Positions 10,713 to 24,800 of a stretch of DNA of 64,000 nt are shown one piece after another. The stretch's first letter is position 1. Each line of letters starts with the position of its first letter. Position numbers and translations under genes: made by a program. Under the pieces are notes generated by a model. That model did no database searches and was not told the origin of the DNA. It saw nothing but the letters and a program-made list of their open reading frames with translations. The stretch lies in assembly GCA_964035545.1 (NCBI GenBank), contig OZ037770.1, positions 9,120,973-9,184,972 of the forward strand, written 5' to 3'. Origin of the DNA: Bugula neritina (lineage: Eukaryota; Animalia; Bryozoa).

Positions 10713-13700
10713 TTAGTTTAGCTGGTAAAACAGAACTTTCTTCTCACTGTATCTAGGTACAATCAGAGTGTCTTTATACACATGGAGATCAAACACAAAA
10801 CTCTTAGCTCTATCAGTTGGATCTTCTACTTTGGACAGTTGTGTACCTGTAACAGGAAATGATGTATCAGTGTGTCATCACTAGTACATAGCATAGTATA
10901 TTTTATAGTGTGAGACTGTGAGAAATACTAATATATTGATAACAGTAGTTAACTAACTAATGTAAAACTAACCTGTCTCCACATCCAGTATCCAGATGGT
11001 GGTTTTACTGCTGTAGTTAGTCACAAGAATATATTTACTTCTATAGCAGGTCACACCTTCTGGTTCAGATACATCCTTGCATGTCCAGATGACTTTCTCT
11101 GTTGTCAAGTCTAATTTAAATACTTGAGAGGAACCACAGTCAGAAACTACTACACAATGTCTGTCTGCTGCACATATTGCTATAGCACTATCACTGAGTA
11201 GAGGGCAGGAGACATGTTTAATTACCTTCCCAGTAAGAGAGTAGATTGTCAGTCTTTTACTGTGTCTATCAGGGACCACAACCTGGTCATCAACAATAGC
11301 AAGATTATTTGCACCACTACTATTATCATGGTGAGACCAGCTGGTCACCTGTTTCCCAGTAAGATCATACACATGTATTTTCCAATTAGCACTTAAGATG
11401 CCGATACGCTGTAGAGCATACAGCTTATCTCTATGTACTGTGACTCCAGTTACAAAGGAAGTAAGAGAAGTAAATGACTTTGAAACACTGAAACTCTCAT
11501 CTATTCTGCCTATCCCTGCACCACTCAGCCCTACATAAGTGTTACTCCCATATTTACAGACAGAATAACAGTAACTAGAAACATCAACAGACTGTACAAG
11601 TTTGAGAGATTTAGAAAGAGTAGAAGTTGTCACTCCTTGATCTAAACTAATAATCATGTCTGCTGCAGGAACCAGGTCTACTTCTATGTCTCTCTTCTCT
11701 TCTACAATATACATGTGAATATGTGTGTATGTGTGTATACTTATATATAAGTGAGTATGTATATATAATATGTATGTCATATAAAAGTGAGTATGTGTAT
11801 ATATTCTATTAATAGAAACTCTGAGTAAACCTACACACATGACTATTTCAACAAATATTCAAAATTTTCAACCAGTAGTTTCACACGTATGAAGGTCACT
11901 TTTCAGATAATATACTGAATAATAATGTTCTTATATTACATTATATAATGCAGATACATGATTATTATAAATTGCATGCAAGTGATTATCACAAATTTTA
12001 ACCAACACCAGTAATATAAAAGTGTGTCTACATTAGAACATCATAAGCAATCTAGAGTCTAGCACACTAACCTAACTAACAATATTACATTACATCACTA
12101 TAATAGAGACATTACCAAACTTAATGCTTCTAATAAAACCCACAACAGTAGTGAAAGTAATCTACAGTCCAGTATACTAACCTTTGACCTTTAGAGACAT
12201 GACATCACATAGCTCTAGTTTAGGTATCTCAACAGATATCAGTCTCTGTATTCTCTCTTTAATCTCTGCAAATCCTTCAACCAGATCCACCTGTAACATG
12301 TGACTACATATGAACAGTTGCTAAAGATCTACTTCATATCTGTCTTCTGCTTATAATATATATTACTGGGAGTACGTTTCGCTCATTTGTATAATAAATA
12401 ATTTGTATAACATGCGCTATACACTATTATAAAATGTATGAGGCAGGCTATTTTAATACACCATACACACCTGCACCATATAATAAGCATTATATAGCAA
12501 TAGGTGAAGACAACTCCACTCAAAAAGAAATTTAAGCCTTGTGTTTAATTGCAAAATTTACACAAGGAAATGTCAAAATTACCAGTTGCATTATACATGA
12601 AGCACAAATTTAAGGTGACAAACAGATACTAATATAAACTATAAATAGCACTTTATTTAAGTTTGCTTCAAGTCTGGTTTAAAACTCTACAACTTCACGT
12701 GAGATGACGAATTAGTATATTATCATGACATCATAACTATACAGCTATGACATCATAACTATACAGCTATGGTGTCATAGCTTTTAGATTGTTTACAGTG
12801 TACTGTTACTATACGGCTATAACAGAAGTCATCAACCAAAGCTGGTCTATAGAAAATGAATAAAAACAACAGCTTTTATCTATTATATTGTAGTTTTTAC
12901 TTTCTCTTTTGAGAAGGGCTAAAGCGTTTGGCTTAGTAAACACAAAGTCATGGGTTCAAACCCCAGTAAATACCATTGGTGATGTCAGGAAGAGTATCCA
13001 ATCAAAATTGCTCATATGTCACATATGAATACGTCTTTAGCTTTAAAAAACCCCTTCGTTCTGAGTTTCTTACAGGGATAGTGAGAATAAACTCATGTTT
13101 AAGAGAGCTATAATAAAAAATAAACTATGATCAGAGATAAACTACTAAAATAGCTATTCTCCGAAACCCATGAAAATACAATAGGAATATATTTATTAGA
13201 CAGACGATGAACACTGCTCACCTGATGGTTTTGTTTAAGTTGAGCTTCTATTTTCAATCTACTGTTACTCAGTTGAGACAAAACAGTTCCAACTTCTCTT
13301 TCCATGTATCTGTTCAGTTCCTCTTTAGTCTTCCTTCTACTAGCTAAAAATTCCTTCTCCAGTTTCTCATACTTAAGTCTCACTTCAGTCAACTACATCA
13401 TACATTGTATCAGCACATTGTAGAAAATGGACAATACATAAGAGAAAGTGTTTCAGAGTTGATTGTGAAAGAAAACAACATTGTAAAAAAAAAGTGTTTT
13501 AATTTACTCTGAATAGTAGCTAGTCACATAGCTGTTACTCTTAAGTATTAGTATTGCAATGTTTTACTAACACCTGACTACAGAATGTAGATTACAGAGT
13601 AACACAAAGTATTTTCTATAAACACACAACCTGTTCATCACGCTGTGTATGAAGAATATTCAGCAATTCCTCCGTCTCATTATCAAAGTCTGACACAGTT

Positions 13701-16025
13701 TTAGAAAGGTGTTTGAAGAAAGTAGACATCTTGTCTTCAGTGGTGAGAAGATCATCTATATTGATAAGCTCTTTGATTAGGTCATCTAGATTAACCATGT
13801 CATGTTTAGAGTCTAAAATGGAAATGAGAATATATGCAAATTAGTACACATTTTACTAACCTGATAGCACTACAGTTATATAACCTCACAGTAGTTAGAC
13901 AGTCAAGTTAGCCTAGTGCCACACTGTGCGTATTTTCGCATGCAAAAATTGAAACCACAAGTAGCCAAGGTGTCCACTGTAGCGTCAGTCATGCGTGATA
14001 AATAAAGCTTTCATTTTTAAATCACACTCGCTTTCAATAAAACGCAATTTACTGGAATGTAGCACTAATATAAAGAAATTGGGCTCGCTGAATAACTACC
14101 AGCCAATTAGGTGACGACGACAGAGACGATTCGCACTTGCGTTGAGAATGCTGAGCGACAAGTGCGAATGTTTTCTCAACACGTACAGTGGACACCTTTG
14201 CTACTTGTGATTTAAATTTTCGCATGCGAAAATACGCACAGTGTGGCCCTAAGCTAACCAGTACTACATAACCAAAGGGTAGTGAGAAACTGAAATATCA
14301 CCACATGCTATGACTACTAGATAAACAACATCTCCTGTCACTTTAAAAATCTTTTTAAAATTAGAAAACACACTTGAAATCTATTAACTAGTTAATTTAA
14401 GGCAAAACCCTTTTGTAAATTAGTATTAATAAAATCAGATTAAATGCCAAGTTACGACAAAAATTTCACAATAAACTCAAACGAGCAGTTATATTATGTA
14501 TCTGTAAAGGGGGTCGCGTAAGGGTTATGCAGTCAACATTTAAAACTATACTGATTACAGTAAAAACGCAATGAGTTACAGCAAAGAAAAGTTTCAGACA
14601 AGCTGTACAGGTTATGGGAAGATAGTACTTAAAGTAATAATAAGACATGTAGCTTCATAGCTCTTCTATTCAAACTCTAGTGTTTATCTATTTTTATCTA
14701 ATCCTAGATTTACTAAAGAAGCCATAAAAAGTTATGAAACTCACATGAGATATAGTCGCCAACCCGCCCCCCCCACCCTTGTGTGAACACCTGATAAAAA
14801 AGGTCATAGAATTCACATTACTCTATAGTCCCCATTATTGTGAGGCAACAAATGAAATATGTAGGTTACTCAAGTGTGAGAGCCCTTATAAACTAGATGC
14901 TTAAAGTAGGCGAAGTTTTGTTTTTGATTCCTGACATCATGACCCTTGACCTTATCTGGAATTCAAACTAATACCAGTGCTCTAACCACTATAGCTGTGC
15001 CCACACTGGAGAGGATATATTAATTATTAGATATACTAAGGTTTATCAAATAGTTTTCAGTGGAACTTTCTTACCTCCAACACACAAGTTGCCTGAAGAG
15101 ACACACTTCAAACAGAACAGCTGTACACAGACTTTACATCCGTGTATGTAGGGATATGCTGTGTGTTTGGGACAAACTTTTCTTTCCAGTCTCTTGGCTT
15201 GTATTCTGTAGTCAGTGATGGTCATCTTCTGGTGGTCATCACTGGTGTCATCATGTGACTGAATATAACAGAATATACATTTACTGAGAAATATAACTCA
15301 ACTATTCATATAGTGGAAAAGAAACAAAACTTAAAAACACATGATGTAAACATTTACAAATATTTATAGGAAAAGCACAACTCCCACCAACAACTAGTCT
15401 ATAAATAAATATATGTATAATCTGCATAAGACCAGATAAAACAGATAAAGGTGAAATATGAATTCCTAATGGCGTCTTACAAATCAACATTCAAGTATAC
15501 AATATGTAATCAGAGGCTGAGTTAGAGTATGCAGTGTTGAATATCAACTGAAGAAGTATTTAATGAAAGTATCACCTCATCATGTTTTCTGCAGAGGAGT
15601 TTACGGCACACAGTACAGTATATAACTGCTGGTACTTTTTTCAGTCCCTTTTTAGTGCACACGTCACATGATACGGAGTTGTCTACTACATCAGCAGATG
15701 GAAGATTCTCCACTCTCACATCGAACACTTCCCTGTGACACGACACAGAATTATTTAGTAGTAATTGAAACTATATATAACAGAATGCAATAAATTACAT
15801 AAAACAAATTATGTAAATCATGAACTCTTTACCAACAGTAGATCTAAGCTCTGCCTATACAAAACTAACTTACCTACACCAGGGACACCTAATCATGTCA
15901 TTCACATCAACATTACGAGTAAGACATAGTAAACAGTGTACATGACCACATGGTAGACACTTGGGATTCTCTAAACCTTCTTTCAGTAAACAGAATCCAC
16001 ACTCAACTTCTTCTGCTGCAGCCAT
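10713..16025 (-). CDS. TRIM (RING-Bbox-Bbox-coiled coil) protein with NHL-like beta-propeller, copy G1, ~605 aa
   Basis: Phase-consistent GT-AG exons 16025-15874 (RING C3HC4), 15732-15576 (B-box 1), 15258-15075 (B-box 2), 13812-13631, 13392-13222, 12290-12182 (coiled coil), 11701-10973, 10846-10713 (propeller repeats such as LAIVDDQVVVPD, VVVSD..SSQVFKLD); no stops seen. Confidence 0.9.
12915..13090 (+). mobile_element. Degenerate tRNA-derived SINE
   Basis: Box B-like GGTTCAAACC, core GTCAGGAAGAGTATCC; similar to 41109-41302. Confidence 0.55.
13911..14254. mobile_element. PIF/Harbinger (Tourist-like) MITE family B, copy 1
   Basis: ~33-bp TIR GCCTAG(T/G)GCCACACTGTGCGTATTTTCGCATGC; TTA/TAA flanks; empty site in the G4 intron near 55650. 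Confidence 0.85.
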
Positions 16026-16984
16026 TTCACTCAACTCTATATTATAAAATAGGAAAACATATTATAAAGTGTATTCATATTCCATGCAGTTCACTGTAAG
16101 GAGAGAATTTAGTAGTTTATGTTTGTGTCTCTTCACACTCACAACTTAATATCTTCTAACATTGTAGAATGTGACTCAACTATAAAATCGCTGTGTAGAT
16201 GTCATGTATTTAAAGCACTCTCTGACACTTGAAAATGATATTTCTAAGAATAAACACTAGCTGTATAATAGACTATATATTGTAATACCATGATGTAAAT
16301 GCACACTTGCATACTGCAGTACCTGCAGATATTAGTCCATAGCAATTACATAACAAATCAATTAGTAACAAGAAGAATTTTCTTAATAATTATTCTAACA
16401 ATTGCGACTTGTAGCCAAATAAATTATGAAGTTTCTTGAACTAGGTTTTCCTTGCAATTCGCTTAATATTCCAAAAAAATGATGCATTTTATTGCCATTC
16501 AATATAATGCAGGGAAAGTGAAATTATTGTATTGTAAATAGTTATAAATATATGTGGTTTCTAACACTTCTGTTACTGCATCTACTTCTACAGCAGAGGC
16601 CCTGTAAGTTTAATAAGTTTTTTTGAGCATTTTATTAAATTACAAAACATATGCTTTACTAATACTTTAACTTGTATCATTTGATCAATTAAACTTTAAC
16701 ACCATTATGATTATGACTATGATTATCATCATCATGAGAACTTAAAGTACAAACTTAATAAGAAAATGATTATGAGGCTGAGAAACTCAGAAATAGTAAC
16801 TAACTCACAGGTATCTTGCTGATGAGAAATTTATCATAATCATTTTGATTGTCATTATCAAAACAGTGTGGCAGTGACTGTGACAGCAAGACTAAGCATA
16901 GTACTCTGAGTGAGTGTCAGTGTGACTGTCACCCACTATCAGTATCACTATAAGTCAAGGGAGTGAGACTGAGTGAAACAGTGT

Positions 16985-17065
16985 CAGTATGACTATGAGT
17001 ATCAGTATGACTATGACTATGAGTATCACTATCAGTATGAGTATGAGTATGAGTATGAGTGTCAG
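16985..17065. repeat. (AGTATG)n-like degenerate microsatellite in the TRIM 5' region
   Basis: Tandem AGTATG/ACTATG hexamers; paralogous runs near 38480-38530 and 48150-48175. Confidence 0.7.
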
Positions 17066-17305
17066 TGTCACTATCAGCATAACAATTCGAAACTAGAGAT
17101 CATAGAATTACAAAAAGTTGACTTTAAAATTGAAATTTGAAAACAATGATCACCACTTTCAAGTTTGCCAACACTGGCTGTTGGTAAACAATTAATGGGG
17201 CAAACTTCGCCTCGTCAAGGAAGACCTATGGAACTACTAATAGTTCCTGTTAGTGATAGATCTCTCTGCGCAGACGCGGGATTAAATTCCACTTACCCTG
17301 GACTC

Positions 17306-17316
17306 GGGGAATTCCC
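17306..17316. promoter_or_regulatory. NF-kB consensus site upstream of G1
   Basis: GGGGAATTCCC fits GGGRNNYYCC; retained at 38786-38796 and as GGGAATTCC at 48481-48489. Confidence 0.45.
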
Positions 17317-18234
17317 TAATCACGCGTGCAGTAAATTCAAAATAATAACACTATTTATAAACGTTGCAGCGGCATTTACCCATCTGGTGGGCCTCATTCA
17401 GAGTTATCTTTCCAAACAAAACCTGGGAGCAACTAATACAATGTTCCGCTGTATCTAAATGACCCCTTTCTCACGAATTTCTATAGGTCACGAGAACAGC
17501 TTGGACCCCGTTTTGTGGCTGATGTATGTGTGTATAGGAACCAAATCACCAATTTCAACTGATCCGTGAGTTGAATCTGGCATTCTAATATGACAGGAGT
17601 TGACGTTTTAGACCTGTCGCCTAGTGAGTTACAGAGGGAGCCCTGTATATTGTTATGATTTTTAGATTTAGGGTCGATGTGCAACCAAGAGAGTCTATTT
17701 ATCACTAGAGAAACTTCACCGAGATAAGTCGAGTAGATATCGTTATATTTTAATACAAGAATACATAATAAAATCTAATATACAACAGTAAAAATACACA
17801 CGTCTATTTAATTTACAGCACTATCTTCAACTGAGCTAGTAGCGCGAAGCTGCTACTATTACTCATAAGCAGCTTAGCTAATTGGCTAGTATATCGTTCC
17901 GGGTCAATACCCAACCCTGCGTATTGTGCTGCTGGTAGCTCCACGAGCCACCACACTGCCCCCTCCAGCAGAAAGCCCTCTTTCTGATAAAAATATAATT
18001 CACATAAAAAAAACTTATACATCAGTGGGCAGAGAGAGAATGATACAAAAGTATATACAAGAGCCAACTGATTAGAGATACAGGTATATATAAAAAAAAT
18101 ATATGCACAATGAATGATACACGTATGTAAAAGAAAATCCTATTTACATGTAGAGTACGTGCCACCGAAACGGGGGGGGAATGCCACAGAGAGGTAGGGG
18201 GGAAAAGTGGTATGGAATTGGAGATGGACTCAGG

Positions 18235-19307
18235 TTAGTCGTGGGCCGCCCGCCTCATGCGTTTAATAGATTCCTGTAGATACTTGAGCTCACTGGATGC
18301 AGCATGCACGCGCGGTGCCAGTCTATACACTTCTTGCTCCAGGTCACGGGCCCTAGCTTCTACTTCACGTAAGTTGCGGGCCAGAGGGGATGAACGAGAG
18401 AAGGTCTGCTGTCTGTGTCGTTTCCGTTCTGAAGATGGAGGTGGGGGAGGGAGTGTATACGCATTTGTGTCTACCCTCTGTAGTACGACACGGGGAAGTG
18501 TTGCGGTTGACGTATAGGACTGGGAGGTGGGGAGTTAGTTGATTTTGTAGGCTTATCCATGGTTTCAGAGATGATGGGTCGAGGGGAGGGAAAGCCTTGC
18601 TCCAGGCGAGACAGCCGAGCTGAGTCAGTGATGAGGGGTCTGATGGCGTTAAGGAATGCGGGATATGATGCTTGGTCTACTTCATAGACGTGTCCTTGAA
18701 AACACTGCATAGTGCGTTGGTGACGCAGTAGATAATCACGATTGTAACTATATTCTCCGCAGGGGCAGAACGTTCTGATGTAATGCTGCGGCAAGTGGAC
18801 TCTCAGCCTACGATGGGTTGTAAACCGCTGCTGACATAGGCGGCATTCGCGGTTACTGTCACCTCCTCTATGAGTCTTAATCTCTTTCTCTGTGGCAGGG
18901 GTAATCCAGTTGGAGGTTGCTTCCAACTGGGGTGGCAGTTGTCCGGTTGTGGAAGTTGGTGGGGCCGGCTCTGGGTCCCATGCCATCTCTAGAGAAGGCA
19001 TGCCCGGAGAGACGGGCGCGAGTGTGTCTACAAAAGTAGAATTATTGTTAGATCGCGGTGGATCTTTACAACATAATTCTAGTGACGGTCGACTGTTACT
19101 AGCCTGAGAGTCACAACTTTTAGAATGCACTCGAAGAACCAGTGAATCATGTGTGGACTGACCAAGAACAGTGTCTAGCTCCAGGTCTAACAGACCGTCG
19201 GCCATTACAGTGTCTTCATCGTCCTTCACGTGAAACGTGGTTCCCAGTAATTCTGATTCAATCTGTTGAATTAGTTCAGAATTTACTGGCATCGAGCCCG
19301 TTTCCAT
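18235..19307 (-). pseudogene. E2 ORF3 (zinc-finger protein) with 1-nt frameshift near 18500
   Basis: ORF 19307-18471 holds both fingers; the shifted frame continues PRVVLQRVD...NLREVEARARDLEQEVYRLAPRVHAASSELKYL...AAHD to TAA 18235-18237. Confidence 0.85.
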
Positions 19308-19324
19308 GGATAGGAATACAAGAC

Positions 19325-22300
19325 TTATACTGGCTTACCTGTGAACTCGGTATTAATGTCCATACTCAACGTTCTTGGTAAGATTGGAGCTGGTTGTGAT
19401 ATACGTCTGCCTCTGGCGATGTCAGCATAGGAAAAGGCTGAGCATCGTTTCTGAGGCACGAGGTCGGAACTATTTGCTTTACGCGCATTAATTCCTCCCA
19501 CTATTCCGCCCTCGCAAAAGTTGATATTTGCGTGGGGTTCACAACTCCAACATTTTATCGTACGGTTTTCCCCTAGACTTTCATGCGTGCCGCTTCTAAT
19601 GCAGTCACATACGAAGTCTTTTAAATATGGTGAGGTTTCCTCGTACGCTGTCCCCGTTCTAGGGGGGGTGACACGCTCGCCGGTTCGTTAGTAGGGGCCT
19701 CTAATGGCGTCTCTACTTCACCGTTAGCGGTCACCTCTTCTTGTTCTCCGGATGGAGCCCCTCCCTCCGTGGGGGTTTGCACTTCCGGAACCGGCTCGGT
19801 TTCTGGAAGTGATGGAATTAGACTTGGCGGTGGCGGACACGCTTCCGTTGGCAAAAGCTGCCGCTCCTCTCTCACCAAGTTTTCTTCCCGCGGTATGACC
19901 ACTTCGTATTCAGGTCCATGCCGCCGTCGCCCGCGTGTTGTTGTCTGCCTCCTGGGCTCCAACAACGGGGGGGGGCTTCTCCCACCGCGTCGGGGCTAGC
20001 CCAATACGGTTTCAAGCGAGACTCATTCTGGATAGACACCTGTCCTGAGCGCTCAATCTTTTACGTATGATTGGGCATAGCCTCGACGATCACGTAGGGT
20101 CCTACGAACTTAGGCTTTAGTTTGTCAGCCTGTCCGCGACGCCTACGGTAATTGACCATCCACACCTTATCTCCCGTTTGGTAGAGAGGTGGTTCATCGG
20201 AATCTTCGTGCCGCACCTTCCACTGCTGTTCGCGCAGTATACCGTGTGCGGCCTTCATCCGTTCCACTAGTTCACTGGCATACTCGTGAACCGAGTTGTC
20301 TTGCTCTGGAACGTGGTAGGTAAGATGGTCAGGGACACGAGTCTCTCTCCCGAGCATCAAGAGGTTTGGGGTCTCACCAGTACTGGTGTGTGGGGTGCTA
20401 CGGTATGCACGCATGACTTGCGGCAACACCGTGTCCCATTCCTCTTGGCCTCGTCCGAGGAGGAGACTCCGGAGCGCATCACCTAGCATCCGGTTGTTGC
20501 GCTCCACCACCCCGTTACCTTGAGGGTGGTAGGGGGTGGTCCGGCTCTGATTTACTCCCCAGAGGTGGCAAAGGTCGCTCATCAGTTGAGACTGGAATTG
20601 AGCGCCTTGATCAGAGTGTATCTGTTCGGGGAGACCAAAATAACAGAATACATGTTGGTCTGGTGCCCTGGCCACTGTTGGGGCTGATGCATCTGGGATA
20701 GCCAGAGCATCTGCCCACCTAGTAAAGTGGTCGGTTAGTACTAAGATCCAACTATTGCCTCTGGGGGTCAGGGGCATGGGTCCGACCAGGTCTACAGCGA
20801 CTACTTGCCAGGGCTTTCCAGCATATAGCCTCCGCCGTCCTGCTTCACCAGGGGGGCGGCTATGCTTACTGGCCTGGCAGATCTCGCACTGTTTGACTCT
20901 GAGTCGGACATCACGCTCCATTTGTGGCCAATGCCACTGGAGTCGTAATTTGGATATCACTCTCTTGACCCCTGCGTGGGCCTGTTTGTGAGTATCCCAA
21001 ATCAACTCACGGCGGATGGCCGTGGGGCAGACTACCCTCTTCCTTTCCGGGTGTCTGCCGCTGGCGGCTAGAGAGATGGTTAGTAACCCATCCGGCCCGA
21101 TCCGCAGCGAGTCCCAACGCTGACAGTATAGCCGGAACTCGGCGCATCCCTGTCTTATGCGTTCCTCGCTGAATCGTCGCCCTTCTTTTTTGGCCCGATA
21201 TATGTCTGCCACTACTCCAGGTAGCTCTTCCTGGAGCTTTTTCAGCTCTCGGACATTATCGGCCAGTACAGGGTTGGCGCGGAGGTTTTGTACAACCTCC
21301 GGGGACTCGTCAACCTCCTGTCTGAGTTGACCCTGGTCCCAGTCAAACGGTGCTCCATGGCGAGCCAGCGTCTCTAACTCACATCGCGGGGGACCTCCAT
21401 CCCTCCTCTCGATGTTGAGACACTGTTTGCAACCTCCATCAGGTCGGCGGCTCAACCCGTCCGCATTGCTGTGCCTCCTGCCCGGTCGATGTTCGATCCG
21501 GTATGAGAATTCAGCTAGGATTTCGAGCCACCGGGCGACTTGACTGGAGGGCTCTGCTCTCTTGCACAACCAGATCAGCGAGGCAGCCGGAACTTCCTGC
21601 CGTATAAGTATGGTCTGAAGTGCTTCACTGACTTGATTACTGCCAGCAGCTCCTTGCAGGTAGTGCAGTAATTTCGTTCAGCGGGTGAGAGAGACTTGCT
21701 GTAGTAGGCTACTACTACCTCTCGGCCTTCCTGCACTTGAGACAACACAGCGCCAACATTTTGGTCACTGGCGTCCGTGTCGAGGATGTACTCTAGAGTG
21801 GGGTCTGGGTAGGCCAAGAAGGGCGCCGTTAGTAGGCAGCCCTTGAGGCGGTCGAACGCTCCTTGTTCGACTGGGGTCCACTGCCACGTCACTCCCTTTG
21901 CGGTGAGCCGGTTTAACTGCTGGGCTATGCCCGCAAAGTCTGGTATGTATTGCCTGTAATACCCTACCAGCCCCAAGAAAGCCCGGAGTCCGGTCAAGTC
22001 TTGGAGGGTGACCCAGTCTTCTATCGCCCGTACCTTTTCGGGATCCGTTGCCACGCCGTTTCGACCGACAACGTGCCCCAGGTACTTGACCTCCGGCTGC
22101 AATAGAGCGCACTTGGAAGGTTTGAGCTTAAGACCGGCACCTCAGGGTCTCTCGAAAACCTCCTGCAGACGACTGATATGTGTCTCGAAGTCTGGGGAGA
22201 TCACGATGACATCATCGAGGTAGACCAGCAGTGTCTTCCAATGGAGCCCGCTAAGGACTTGTTCCATCAGCCTCTGGAAGGTGGCTGGGGCGGAGGTTAA

Positions 22301-24098
22301 CCCGAAGGGCAGCACCTTCCACTTCCACAACCCGTCCCGTGTGATAAACGCCGCTTTCTCCTGGGCGTCGGGACTCAGAGGGACTTGCCAATAGCCACTC
22401 AGCAAGTCTAATGTACTGAAGTACTTGCTGCCGGCTAGGGCGTCCAAGGACTCGTCAATACGAGGTAGATGGTAGGCGTCCTGTATGGTTACGTTTTTGA
22501 GTTTACAATAATCCACACAGAACCGCCAACTGCCGTCTTTCTTCCGGACCAGTACGACCGGTGAGCTCCACGCACTATGGGCGGGCTCTATCAGTCCCCG
22601 GTCCAGAAGATCCCGTACTTGTCGGCTAACCTCCTTCTCTTTCTCCGGCCCCAGCCTGCGTGTGGGTTGCCGGACAGGGACTGTCCCTGCAGTCAGCGGT
22701 ATTTCGTGTCTGACAACTCCAGTCAGCCCCACGTCATGATCTCCGCTGCTGAACACATCACCGTAGTCGCGTAGCAATTTCGCCATCGCTTGGCGTTCCT
22801 TGTTACTCGTGCAGCCACCACAGGCTGTTTCATACAACTCCCGGAGATGTGTTGGAACTGCCCCTTGCCCCTGAGTAGGGTGTCGAGGGGGTGTCTCCGT
22901 CGCGTCACCCAGCGACGGGCCAACGTCCTCTTCCTGAACGGAGTGGAACCGGCCCAGCATTGACCCAACTGGGAGCTCAATGGGCTCGGTAAGCGGGTTG
23001 ACACACTGCACTAAGACCTCCCCTCGCTCAGTTAGTCGGTTTAAACTACTAGCGAGTTGGATCTTTTCGTGCGCGCCTTCAACGACCCCGAGCCTGGCCA
23101 TCCGGTTGCTGTTCACTCGGCAGTGGATAGTAGCCCTGGAGCGTCCGGGCACGGTGCAGTTTCGAACTACCTGAACACCGCCCACCAGAAGACGCCCAAA
23201 CTTATCCACACAGGCGAGTTCTCGCCCGCCCATCAGCACCACCGACTTGCTGAAGTCTATTCGGCACTGGTGTTGCTTCAAGAAGGGCATTCCGAGGATA
23301 GCATCTTCCTCCAGTTGGCTTATGACAAAAGTCTCCTGTACAGCCTGGTCTCGGACACGCCCTGGGAGCTCGATAATACCGTAGAAGGGAATACATGACC
23401 CGTCTGCTAGGGTGTCATGTTCCCCTGTATACGGTCGTACTCTATCCCTGTCCCGGCGGGGCAGTGCCTCAAAGACTCTACGACTGAGAAGGTTGGTAGT
23501 ACAACCGGAGTCGAGCAGGAAAGTGACGGCGTTGCCGGCCACCTTTCCGGGTAGGAAATAGCTCTCTCCATGTGGTTGTACTTTCACTCCCCCCCCGCAT
23601 GTGCTGTCCTAGATTGGTAGGACGGCGGGGGTTTCACCCGTGGTTTACGGGGTTTCCGGCGGCGAGGTTGGTGCCGGCGGGGTTTGGGGCTTTCCACTGG
23701 GCCTTCCGGCTCCATTTCAGTGGCGGGCTCCTCTTCCCGAGGTAACCGGTGGAACCGGTTGGCGAGTGGCAGGGAGAAGGTACTTGGCCGTTGTACGGTC
23801 CTGCTAGTCCTGCGTGGTACCTGCCACTCGGGGGTAGTGTTCCGTCGTGTCCGTACGGAGGGACGACGGCGTGTCCCACCAGACTCCTTCAGTTGCGGCC
23901 CGCGGGGAGGGAGAGCGTCCGCGGGCCGTGACAGTTTAACGCCCCCTGGTATTGGGGTCGTCCTTTCTGTCCCTGGTCTTGACCGACACTACTCCAGCCC
24001 TGCCCCACAGGTGTTGGGGGCACCCGCAGGGCCTGACCGGGGCCAGCACCGGCCAGAATGGTTACCAGTTGTCCCAGCATCTCTACCATACGGTCCAC
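19325..24098 (-). pseudogene. E2 gag (3' part)-pol, disrupted
   Basis: PR-RT ORF 23587-22142 ends at CGA>TGA; 13-nt deletion near 21580; TAC>TAA at 20061; further indels in the IN tail. Confidence 0.9.
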
Positions 24099-24750
24099 TT
24101 ATATATGTTCCTTGAATGGTGACTCTTCTGTTATACTGTTTATAAGTGTGAACCACTTTTTAAACTTTAAAGCATTCTATAGATTAATTATTCCATAATT
24201 ATTGAGGGGAGTAATATTAAATAGAATATGGATGGATATATGGAAATGGGTGTGAAATTTAGTCATTCAATATATATGCATATAAGCTATAAGCTTGTGG
24301 TCAAACTAGTGTAGATGTAGTATTATATTGTGATCTGGCTTCTAGATATGCAGTTTAAAGGCCAACAGACTACGCTGTGTATGTTACCATGCCACTTTAT
24401 CTTCATAAGTATACTCATTTTTTCAACCTTGGAACACAAATATTTTTGTGACGAAAAGAGTATTGATCTATTATAACTTCCTGCATTCAAATAAAGTTCA
24501 ACTCTTTAAAATACAAATGAAACAGAGAACAGAAAACAATATAGCAGAAAGTGCATCAGCACTAAGATGTGCTGTCAGAAAGACCATGAGTTCAAATACA
24601 GGGTGTTGTCTCCCCCACAGAGGATGTCTGAGTTATTTATATCCAGCATCATTATAAAGTCCTGTTAGTTGTATTTAGTGACATACCAGTCTGAATTCTT
24701 ATCACAATGTGATTATTCGGTTTACAGGAAACAGTTGTGTATACTTGGTA

Positions 24751-24800
24751 GGGAGAAGCTGTGGCCTAGGGGTTAGAGCGATTGCCTAGTATGCATGGAG
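24751..24800 (+). mobile_element. Truncated SINE head (tRNA-like box A)
   Basis: GGGAGAAGCTGTGGCCTAGGGGTTAGAGCG matches the 41109 copy; flanked by duplicated TATACTTGGTA; absent at paralogous sites near 40040 and 50495. Confidence 0.55.

Larger units (their letters stand above)
17651..24100 (-). mobile_element. Ty3/Gypsy LTR retrotransposon E2 (family B), 5'-truncated
   Basis: 3' LTR 17651-17955 homologous to the E3 LTRs; ATAT at 17647-17650 (empty paralog near 39120); homology to E3 ends in gag at 24100; 5' LTR and ~290 bp of host sequence lost. Confidence 0.95.

Noticed and set aside
11702-11840. Y/T/H/I-rich N-termini of the propeller ORFs (also in G4 and G5)
   Set aside because: Intronic low-complexity sequence upstream of a clear AG acceptor.
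10713-16025. Assigning a vertebrate symbol such as TRIM2, TRIM3, TRIM56 or TRIM71
   Set aside because: Architecture is similar, but there is no filamin domain and the propeller is divergent; orthology needs a phylogeny.
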